A stretch of DNA of 33,614 bases from Patescibacteria group bacterium (lineage in GTDB: Bacteria; Patescibacteriota; Patescibacteriia; XYB2-FULL-38-15), in the NCBI GenBank assembly GCA_018818855.1, contig JAHIRI010000076.1, positions 1 to 33,614 on the forward strand. The letters run 5' to 3'. The notes under the pieces are model-generated. The model was given only the letters and a program-made list of their open reading frames with translations. It did not search any database and was not told the origin of the DNA. Made by a program: the position numbers and the translations under genes. Shown here one piece after another: positions 16,425 to 23,341 of this stretch; position 1 is the stretch's first letter; each line of letters begins with the position of its first letter.

Positions 16425-17495
16425 TTACAATTCCACCACTGAGTTATCACCAATTATCATTTTGTGGCCGAGCGGCAAACTGTCGCACGAAGAAGCAACA
16501 ACCGCGTTATGACCGATCAAACTATCAACGATTCTTTTGCCGCATTTTATTTCTGCATTATCAAAAACAATTGAGTGTTCAATTTCCGTATTTGTGATTT
16601 TTGTATTATTGCCGATTGAAGTGTATGGTCCGATATAACTGTCGTTGATCATACAATTTCTCCCAATCACGACCGGACCGCGAATCAACGATCTCCCCCC
16701 AATATAAGTTCCTTTTTCAATTTTTACTTTTCCTTGAATAATTACTCCTGGGGCCATATTGGCCTCATTTTTTATATCATTCAAATCATGCAAAATCAAC
16801 TGATTTCCTTCAAGCAAATCTTCCGGTTTTCCCGTATCTTTCCACCAACCGGTAATTTCCTCATATCCAACATTAAAACCTTTTTCAATCAAATAAGTGT
16901 TGGCGTCAGAAATTTCAAATTCACCGCGATCCGACGGCGAAATATTTTCCACTGCATCGAAAATATGCTGATCATAAATATAAATCCCGGTCTGAGCAAA
17001 ATTACTCTGGGGCCTGGCCGGCTTTTCTTCAACGCGAATAATTTTTCCGTCCCGGATCACTGGCACACCAAATCTTTCAGGATCGCTCACGCGGGCAAAC
17101 GCAAGAAGAACATTTAACCGGTCATTTAAAAATTTTTCTACGAATCTTTTAATGCTTCCCAAAATAATGTTATCGCCGAGATAAAAAATAAACGGTTCAT
17201 TCCCTAAAAAATCTTTTGCATTTCGAACAATATGAGCCAACCCCTTCGGGCCGCCAGCTTGCTCAATATATGAAATTCTTAAACCCCAGCGGCTGCCATC
17301 ACCAACTACCGGCTGAATTTCTTTTTCACCGGGATTAATATTGATACCGACTTCTTTGATCCCCGCCTCAGCAATTTTTTCCAATGCATAAAAAAGCATT
17401 GGCTTGTTGGCAATGGGAATTAGATGCTTATTAATTGTATAGGTAATCGGCCGCAATCTCGTCGCTCTCCCTCCGGCCGTAATCAAAGCTTTCAT
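16425..17495 (-). CDS. rmlA: Sugar-1-phosphate nucleotidyltransferase, long RmlA-like form with a C-terminal left-handed beta-helix
   Basis: Start at MKALITAGGRATRLRP (internal Met; the rmlD stop is 6 nt upstream). Contains GLAHIV...YLGDN. The C-terminal hexapeptide repeats are isoleucine-patterned. Confidence 0.8.
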   Translation of the reverse strand: MKALITAGGRATRLRPITYTINKHLIPIANKPMLFYALEKIAEAGIKEVGININPGEKEIQPVVGDGSRWGLRISYIEQAGGPKGLAHIVRNAKDFLGNEPFIFYLGDNIILGSIKRFVEKFLNDRLNVLLAFARVSDPERFGVPVIRDGKIIRVEEKPARPQSNFAQTGIYIYDQHIFDAVENISPSDRGEFEISDANTYLIEKGFNVGYEEITGWWKDTGKPEDLLEGNQLILHDLNDIKNEANMAPGVIIQGKVKIEKGTYIGGRSLIRGPVVIGRNCMINDSYIGPYTSIGNNTKITNTEIEHSIVFDNAEIKCGKRIVDSLIGHNAVVASSCDSLPLGHKMIIGDNSVVEL

Positions 17496-17500
17496 AAATT

Positions 17501-18343
17501 TTATTTTGTTTTTAAATAATCTGCCAACGCTTCCTCCCACTTTCGGATTGGCGGCAATTTTGTATTTATCAGTATTGAATATTTTGGTCTTTTGGCAGGC
17601 CTTGGAAATCTATCCGCGCCTACCGGTATTAACTTAACACTTTTGCCGGATAATTCAAATGTTTTCTTGGCCCAGCCATACCAAGTGCAAGAACCCTCAT
17701 TTGTCACATGATAAATACCAAATGGTTTTTTCCATTCAATAATCTCTCTTGTTCGATGCGCCAAATCGCAAACATAAGTCGGAGAACTCACTTCTTCATC
17801 GACTAACTCCAAACAATCTTTCTCTTCGGCACATTTTAACATTACATCAACAAAACTTTTTTTCGCTCCAACACTCTGCGCCTGTTTTCCAAAAAGCCGC
17901 GAAGTTCTAATTAAATAATATTTTTTATTTTTAATTTGTTGTTCGCCTAACAATTTTGAACTGGCATACAAGCTCTGCGGATTTGGCATGGCGTCTTCCT
18001 TGTACCCGTCAATTTCTTTTCCATCAAAAATATAATCGGTACCATAGTGAACAAAAATTGCGTCAACGGCTTCAGCTGCCTCGGATAAATTCAAAACGGC
18101 ATATCCATTAACTTGATCAGCAAAATCCTTTTCCCCTTCTTCAATTTTGTCCACTGCGTTGTACGCCGCGGCATTAACAATAATTTCCGGCTTCAAATCG
18201 GAGATTCTTTTGCTGACCTCTTCTTTTTTTGTAATATCAATTTCTTCCTTATCCCAGGTTGTCACTTCGTAGCCATTCTCCGCAAATTCCCGCGCCAATT
18301 CCTGGCCCAGCATTCCCTTTGATCCAATGATTAGAACCTTCAT
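17501..18343 (-). CDS. rmlD: dTDP-4-dehydrorhamnose reductase
   Basis: Start at MKVLIIGSKGMLGQEL. Contains YASSKLLGEQ (YxxxK) and RTSRLFG. Confidence 0.85.
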   Translation of the reverse strand: MKVLIIGSKGMLGQELAREFAENGYEVTTWDKEEIDITKKEEVSKRISDLKPEIIVNAAAYNAVDKIEEGEKDFADQVNGYAVLNLSEAAEAVDAIFVHYGTDYIFDGKEIDGYKEDAMPNPQSLYASSKLLGEQQIKNKKYYLIRTSRLFGKQAQSVGAKKSFVDVMLKCAEEKDCLELVDEEVSSPTYVCDLAHRTREIIEWKKPFGIYHVTNEGSCTWYGWAKKTFELSGKSVKLIPVGADRFPRPAKRPKYSILINTKLPPIRKWEEALADYLKTK

Positions 18344-18422
18344 AAATAAGCTAAATTTAAACATTTACTACTCTATTTACTTTACTAAAAACACTGCTTT
18401 TCGTCAATCCTTGTCCATAAAT

Positions 18423-18466
18423 AAAAAAACACCGTTCTCCACAGCGGGTGCTGCAAAAAACGGTGT
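18423..18466 (-). terminator. Terminator of the G+C-rich two-gene cassette
   Basis: On the minus strand, stem acaccgtt / aacggtgt (18459-18466 / 18429-18436) with an inner mini-hairpin, followed by a 7-T run (complement of 18423-18429). Confidence 0.6.
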
Positions 18467-18492
18467 GGTTGTCCTCCTTGTTCTTCTCCGGA

Positions 18493-18723
18493 TCAGATCG
18501 ACGTGTGTTCCACCGGCTTGGCCGATCTGGCCTTTTGCGCCTCCTCGGCCATCATGACACGCCGCTCATCGGCAGAGAGAATATCCCACTCCCTCACGAG
18601 CCGATCTTCCTCCCGCTGAGTTTCGGCGGAAAGAATCGCTCGCGCGATCTCCCTCTTCTTCCTCTGGATCGTGGGGAGATCTCTCTCCACCACTGCTCTC
18701 CTCTTCTTGCGTCTCCTCGCCAT
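18493..18723 (-). CDS. Hypothetical highly charged 76-aa protein (RRRKKRR N-terminus), cassette gene B
   Basis: AGGAGG (18735-18730) lies 6 nt upstream of the ATG. High G+C at third codon positions. No family recognised. Confidence 0.6.
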   Translation of the reverse strand: MARRRKKRRAVVERDLPTIQRKKREIARAILSAETQREEDRLVREWDILSADERRVMMAEEAQKARSAKPVEHTSI

Positions 18724-18744
18724 AGCTCGCCTCCTATGATCGAT

Positions 18745-19218
18745 CTACAGCCCGGCCTTGCACAGAGCCGCGAGCGCCATACCGTCCTCAGTCTCGTAAA
18801 TGAAGTCGGCAAGCCCCATCCAATTGCCGCCATCTTCGGCATGGAGCCGAACAACGACCACGCCGACCTTGCCGGTCATGCGCGCCGAGTCGGGCCGGAA
18901 GTAGCCGATGGGCTCGACCGCGGGCACTTCGCCCTTGGAGACCGAGCTGCGATCAGCCTCGAGCACTTCCTTGCCGGCGCCCGGACGCCACGGCCGCACC
19001 ACCTTGATCTTCGTGCCGCAAACCTTGAGCGTCACCGCGCCGATGACCTTGTCCGGATCGCCTCCTTCCTGGAGCACGAGCGGCTGGATCCACTTCTTGC
19101 CGCCTTCGGGGCCGACCTCGCCGACCCGGACGGCGAAGAACTTGCCGTCGGCCCGTTCGAGCTGCCTCGTCTCGGGATTCCACTGCCACCCACCACCAAG
19201 TTCCTGCACTTCCGGCAT
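18745..19218 (-). CDS. Hypothetical 157-aa protein, cassette gene A; possible single-domain relative of NDP-hexose 2,3-dehydratase / Nudix-like fold
   Basis: Purine-rich SD-like tract (19235-19221). Third codon positions are almost all G/C. The motif GWQWNPETRQLERADGKFFAVRVGEV...KKWIQPLVLQ resembles the conserved core of the Hexose_dehydrat family, judged from memory and not searched. Confidence 0.6.
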   Translation of the reverse strand: MPEVQELGGGWQWNPETRQLERADGKFFAVRVGEVGPEGGKKWIQPLVLQEGGDPDKVIGAVTLKVCGTKIKVVRPWRPGAGKEVLEADRSSVSKGEVPAVEPIGYFRPDSARMTGKVGVVVVRLHAEDGGNWMGLADFIYETEDGMALAALCKAGL

Positions 19219-19267
19219 CTCTTCCCTTCCTTCCCTGAAGCCCCCTTGGCTTCTTGTTGATATTGAT

Positions 19268-19296
19268 AGGTTAAATTACAAAATGAAAAATGTCAA
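19268..19296 (-). promoter_or_regulatory. Candidate promoter of the G+C-rich cassette
   Basis: On the minus strand: TTGACA (19296-19291), 17-nt spacer, TAACCT (19273-19268). AT-rich and host-like in composition. Confidence 0.45.
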
Positions 19297-19300
19297 TATC

Positions 19301-19323
19301 AAAAAAGCGGCCTTTCCGGCCGC
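19301..19323 (-). terminator. Rho-independent terminator after the 69-aa ORF / fdtA unit
   Basis: The minus strand reads GCGGCC-GGAAA-GGCCGC followed by TTTTTT. Confidence 0.7.
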
Positions 19324-19341
19324 CTTTCTAAAATCAACTCT

Positions 19342-19551
19342 CTATTTTTTCTTTTTTTTCGCTTCTCTCTGTAATTCCACAATTAAACCCACTGCTTGTT
19401 GACCAAATTCCCTAATCAAGACTTTTTCGGCGTCCCGACCTTGCCTTCCGCCCCTCAAAATCATTCCCTTTAAACTTAAAACTCGATCTTGTATTTTTTG
19501 TTTTTCGTGCAAATCGTCCTGTATTCTTTCGAACCCCAAACCTTCTTCCAT
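19342..19551 (-). CDS. Hypothetical 69-aa protein with a poly-Lys C-terminus
   Basis: ORF with host-like composition, followed by a clean terminator. No recognisable domain. Confidence 0.35.
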   Translation of the reverse strand: MEEGLGFERIQDDLHEKQKIQDRVLSLKGMILRGGRQGRDAEKVLIREFGQQAVGLIVELQREAKKKKK

Positions 19552-19593
19552 ATTTTTATAATTAATTTTTATTTTGCACCCTGATAATACTTC

Positions 19594-19660
19594 GTGTTAT
19601 CTTCGCTCGTTCGGAAATTCAAAAACTTCATTTTTGATTTCACTCACTCGCTTAATAATA
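19594..19660. repeat. Repeat family A, copy 2
   Basis: The arms gtgttatcttcgctcgttcggaaat and ttcactcactcgcttaataata match copy 1. The right arm carries the fdtA stop codon. Confidence 0.7.
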
Positions 19661-20059
19661 AGGGCTCACTTTTTTAAATTCTTCATAATCTTCAATGTAG
19701 TCGCTCCGGTCGGGATTATAGTTTGTAGATGAAAGCGCCAAAAGAATGGCGTCCGGAGAAAAATCTTTAAAATGATGCCAAACAAAATTCGGGACGTACA
19801 TCGCGCCGGTTGGACCAACAAGCGGAATTTCCTCAACCCCCTGGCCCTTATCAACTACCGCCGTGCAAGTTCCCTGAATCATAACAAATAATTCCTCTTC
19901 GACTTTATGGCAATGCGCGCCGGTCGGCGACATGGGCTTGGTAATAAAATAAACGCGCTTCACGGGAAAATCAATATACTCTTTAAGTTCCATTGGACTC
20001 ATTATAAACTTTGGCGTTTCAATTTTCTTTAATTCAAAAACTTTAAATTCTTTTTCCAT
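19652..20059 (-). CDS. fdtA: dTDP-4-keto-6-deoxyglucose 3,4-ketoisomerase (FdtA/WxcM-like cupin)
   Basis: 135 aa. Contains RVYFI...GAHCHKVEEELFVMIQG...VPNFVWHHFKDFSPDAILLALSSTNYNPDRSDYIEDYEEF, typical of the FdtA family. Confidence 0.8.
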   Translation of the reverse strand: MEKEFKVFELKKIETPKFIMSPMELKEYIDFPVKRVYFITKPMSPTGAHCHKVEEELFVMIQGTCTAVVDKGQGVEEIPLVGPTGAMYVPNFVWHHFKDFSPDAILLALSSTNYNPDRSDYIEDYEEFKKVSPYY

Positions 20060-20060
20060 A

Positions 20061-21074
20061 CTATTTTATATGCGGGTTTAATTCTTCTTTTCTTTTTTGT
20101 ATTTTGCCAACCCATTCCTTATTCGCCAAATACCAATCCACCGTTTCCCTCAATCCTTGCTCAAATTTATCTCGGCTATATTCCGGCTTCCATCCCAAAG
20201 CCATGATCTTTGCCGCATCAATTGCGTAGCGCCGATCATGCCCCGGCCGATCAGTCACGTGTTCGATCATTTCTTCACCCTTGCCCATAATCTTTAGCAT
20301 CATTTTGGTAATTTCCATATTACTACGTTCATTGTCAACGCCAATATTGTAAACTTCACCCGGCACGCCTTTATGGAGCAACAAATCTAGCGCCGCGGCG
20401 TGGTCAGTCACATAAATCCAGTCGCGAACATAAAGTCCGTCGCCGTAAACTGGAACTTTTTCTCCCCCGAACAGCCGAAAAATAAAATACGGAATTATTT
20501 TTTCCGGAAACTGATATGGCCCGTAATTATTGGAGCAATGCGTCACGACAACCGGAACTTTATGCGTAACAAAATACGCGTTGCACATCAAATCTCCGCC
20601 TGCTTTGGCCGCGGCATATGGCATATTCGGTAAAACCGGAGTTGACTCAGTAAATTTTCTATCATCATCAAGCCCGAGCGCGCCGTAGACCTCATCAGTT
20701 GAAACATTTACAAATTTTTCTATATTATTGACTCGCACCGCATCCAAAATCATCTGCACACCAAGAGTATTTGTCATCACAAAATCTTTGCAGCCGCCGT
20801 GGATGGAGCGGTCAACGTGCGTTTCAGCGGCGAAATTTATGACGTGATTGATTTTATGCTCGGTAATAACTTGGTTTAATTTTTCCAAATCACAAATGTC
20901 TCCTTGGACAAAAGTATAGTTCGGATTATTTTCTACATCACGCAAATTATCCAGATTTCCGGCGTAAGTCAGCTTGTCATAATTTACGATTTTGTAATCC
21001 GGATATTTTTTTAACATTTGCCGGACGAAATTTGATCCAATAAATCCGGCGCCTCCACAAACTAATAAATTCAT
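20061..21074 (-). CDS. rmlB: dTDP-glucose 4,6-dehydratase
   Basis: 337 aa. Motifs GGAGFIGSNFV, STDEVYG, YAAAKAGGD, HCSNNYGPYQFPEK. Confidence 0.93.
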   Translation of the reverse strand: MNLLVCGGAGFIGSNFVRQMLKKYPDYKIVNYDKLTYAGNLDNLRDVENNPNYTFVQGDICDLEKLNQVITEHKINHVINFAAETHVDRSIHGGCKDFVMTNTLGVQMILDAVRVNNIEKFVNVSTDEVYGALGLDDDRKFTESTPVLPNMPYAAAKAGGDLMCNAYFVTHKVPVVVTHCSNNYGPYQFPEKIIPYFIFRLFGGEKVPVYGDGLYVRDWIYVTDHAAALDLLLHKGVPGEVYNIGVDNERSNMEITKMMLKIMGKGEEMIEHVTDRPGHDRRYAIDAAKIMALGWKPEYSRDKFEQGLRETVDWYLANKEWVGKIQKRKEELNPHIK

Positions 21075-21085
21075 ATCTACATTTT

Positions 21086-21167
21086 GTCATTGCGAGGAGT
21101 CCCGACTTTAGTCGGGCAACGTGGCAATCCCACCGTTATGAGATTGCTTCGCTTCGCTCGCAAAGAC
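21086..21167. repeat. Repeat family B (palindromic gtcattgcgag ... ctcgcaaagac element), copy 1, intergenic
   Basis: Inverted termini, internal hairpin cccgac-ttta-gtcggg, and shared blocks gcaatccca and atgagattgc with copy 2. Confidence 0.75.
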
Positions 21168-21177
21168 ATTCTTAAAA

Positions 21178-21705
21178 TTATTTAAAATATTTTCTCACCA
21201 TCGCCCAAGCGGCCATGGTCTCGCCACCCCAGATTTCGTTACTTTCAATCATTTTATCAATCTCTTCCGGCGTCTTTAATAAAATCTCAATTTCTTCTGT
21301 TTCTTCTGGATGACTTTCCTCTTTTTTTAAATTTTTTACTAAAAAAACTCTTACTAATTCTTTTGAAAAACCTTGCGAAGAGGCAAACTCTCCAATAAAT
21401 TTCAAATCTCCCTGATAACCGGTTTCTTCTTCAAGTTCAGCTCGGGCTGCCCCCTCGGGAGTTTGTCCATCTTCAATACCACCCGCACAAAATTCTATAC
21501 CGTCCTTATCAAAAAGATAACGATATTGCCGCACCAGAATAATCCGCCCGTCGTCCAAAATTGGCACGACCATACTCCCGCCGGGATTATCAAAATAATA
21601 ATAATCCCCCTCTTTTCCGTTTGGCAATTGGAATTTATCGTGTTTATAAGTCCACCACGGATTTTTGTGCAAAATTTCTTCACTTAATTTTTTGTATCTT
21701 TTCAT
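21178..21705 (-). CDS. Nudix hydrolase
   Basis: 175 aa. Nudix box GGIEDGQTPEGAARAELEEETGY. Confidence 0.88.
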   Translation of the reverse strand: MKRYKKLSEEILHKNPWWTYKHDKFQLPNGKEGDYYYFDNPGGSMVVPILDDGRIILVRQYRYLFDKDGIEFCAGGIEDGQTPEGAARAELEEETGYQGDLKFIGEFASSQGFSKELVRVFLVKNLKKEESHPEETEEIEILLKTPEEIDKMIESNEIWGGETMAAWAMVRKYFK

Positions 21706-22139
21706 ATAATTTTATATTCAATTGTCTTCTCTGAAGATAGTGACTCGCCACTCAAGACAACCAAAGGAGAAAAATCATTTCCTGGGTTTCGTACTGCATG
21801 AGCAATTCCCGTTGGAACATAATACATCGTATATTTTTCTTTATCTCCGAGCGACATCTCTATTTTTTCTTTTCTTCCGGTTTTAGGATCTTCCAAATAA
21901 AGCTCCATCGGACCCATCGGGCAAAAAAATTCTCCTTTTGTAATGTGATAATGATTGCCGGCCACATCCCCGGGACCAAGGTAATTTAAATAAGCAAATT
22001 TGGGTGTAAACGATTCATCAATCTCTTCATCAGTCGGCCACAAAAAATTAAACCAACGATTGCCTTTGTTTGACCGTCTTCCACGAATCAACTCCCAATA
22101 TAAATCGTATTTTATAATTTTCAAATCTTGTTCGTTCAT
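21702..22139 (-). CDS. Cupin-fold protein, unknown specificity
   Basis: 145 aa. GNHYH...G...VPTGIAHAV pattern typical of cupins. ATGA overlaps with both neighbouring genes. Confidence 0.6.
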   Translation of the reverse strand: MNEQDLKIIKYDLYWELIRGRRSNKGNRWFNFLWPTDEEIDESFTPKFAYLNYLGPGDVAGNHYHITKGEFFCPMGPMELYLEDPKTGRKEKIEMSLGDKEKYTMYYVPTGIAHAVRNPGNDFSPLVVLSGESLSSEKTIEYKII

Positions 22140-22543
22140 ACAATTTCTTTTTTAATTTTTTCCCCGATTTCTTCCATTTCCCCCTCTTTATATTCTTTTC
22201 TGGACCATGGCTCTAAACCATCATTTTCAAACCGCGGAATAATATGCCAGTGCAAATGCGGCACAACTTGGCCGGCGATCGCGCCGTTATTTTGCCCAAC
22301 ATTAAAACCCTTCAAATCAAGTGCTTTCGTAATTCCCTGGGCAACTTTTTTTATCGTAAGCATTATCTCTTTCAAAATTTCATCGCCGCCGTCAAGCAAA
22401 TTTTCAAAATGCTCTTTAGGCACAACAAGCGTATGTCCGGGATTTGCCGGGTTAATATCCAAGAATGCCACGGTTTTATGATTTTCATAAACTTTTACCG
22501 ATGGCACTTCCCCATTAATTATTTTGCAAAAAATACAATCCAT
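22136..22543 (-). CDS. HIT-family (histidine triad) nucleotide hydrolase/transferase
   Basis: 135 aa. CIFCKII...AFLDINPANPGHTLVVPKEH...VPHLHWHIIPR. Confidence 0.9.
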   Translation of the reverse strand: MDCIFCKIINGEVPSVKVYENHKTVAFLDINPANPGHTLVVPKEHFENLLDGGDEILKEIMLTIKKVAQGITKALDLKGFNVGQNNGAIAGQVVPHLHWHIIPRFENDGLEPWSRKEYKEGEMEEIGEKIKKEIV

Positions 22544-22547
22544 ATTT

Positions 22548-22748
22548 TTATTCTTTAATTTTTTGTTTATCTAATAGTATTGTCAGGATACCAGAAATTA
22601 ATGGAATTATCAAGAGTAAATTAAAGCTGATATAAAAACTTACAAACCCCGGCTCAAACCACTCCAAAAGACCAAAAATAGTAAGGGTGATAAAAGAAAT
22701 CACAAACGCGTCTCTGAAAATTCTATAAAAAAATTCTTTTATTGTCAT
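22548..22748 (-). CDS. Small 2-TM membrane protein
   Basis: 66-aa ORF with two hydrophobic segments. Its start overlaps the upstream stop by 4 nt (ATGA). Confidence 0.5.
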   Translation of the reverse strand: MTIKEFFYRIFRDAFVISFITLTIFGLLEWFEPGFVSFYISFNLLLIIPLISGILTILLDKQKIKE

Positions 22749-23338
22749 AAAATTATATTCAGTCGTTCAATTATCTCCTCTAAAACCCTGTTGGCTACTT
22801 CTTTTTCTGTCATTGGCTTCCGAATAAAAAGTGCTCTAATTTTATAAATTTGAATATCGCCCGCTAAAAATCCTGGCGCGGAAAATCCAAACCTAAACTT
22901 TTTCCCTTCGGGAGAAAGTTTCCCTAATTCAAAAATTTCCGTTTTTGTCTGAAGAGCTCCGGCAGTCGGCGGCAATTCCCGAAAATCGAAAACCCAAGAA
23001 TCTTTATCTGCAAGACCGCCGAACTTAAACGGCACATCTCTTGAATTTTTATATCTTATTGTCACGGCCACTTCCGAGAAATTGCTATTTGGACTTAAAT
23101 CAAAATAAACTGGCTCATCTTTTAAAACCCGATAAACTTCCTGGTCGGCATCTTGTTTAATCTCCGAAACACGATCCTTTGGATAAAGTTTGGAAACAAA
23201 CGGTGACTCGCGAGCCATATCATAAGTCGCCTCCATTCTTCCGTTCGGCGCAATCGCTTTTGCAGCAAGCCACCCAAAAGTAATAATGGGAATAAAGATT
23301 AAAATCACGCGAATAAATTTATGCCAAAAAGAAAACAT
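22745..23338 (-). CDS. Membrane-anchored hypothetical protein
   Basis: 197 aa with a single N-terminal TM (VILIFIPIITFGWLAA). Starts 3 nt after the upstream GT-C gene. Confidence 0.6.
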   Translation of the reverse strand: MFSFWHKFIRVILIFIPIITFGWLAAKAIAPNGRMEATYDMARESPFVSKLYPKDRVSEIKQDADQEVYRVLKDEPVYFDLSPNSNFSEVAVTIRYKNSRDVPFKFGGLADKDSWVFDFRELPPTAGALQTKTEIFELGKLSPEGKKFRFGFSAPGFLAGDIQIYKIRALFIRKPMTEKEVANRVLEEIIERLNIIL

Positions 23339-23341
23339 AAT

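Noticed and set aside
18730-18745. PilZ-like c-di-GMP receptor motifs in the cassette proteins, as a link to the GGDEF gene
   Set aside because: Gene B has an RxxxR-like run (RRKKR), but neither protein has the (D/N)xSxxG motif. The resemblance is explained by the poly-basic stretch.
18448-19260. 270-aa plus-strand ORF spanning the whole G+C-rich island
   Set aside because: It is the codon-aligned antisense of the two minus-strand ORFs and runs straight through their SD-containing spacer. It starts at a GTG inside the terminator hairpin, with no RBS. Its product is Leu/Arg/Pro/His-rich junk typical of antisense frames in high-G+C DNA. The promoter, both SDs and the terminator all point to the minus strand.
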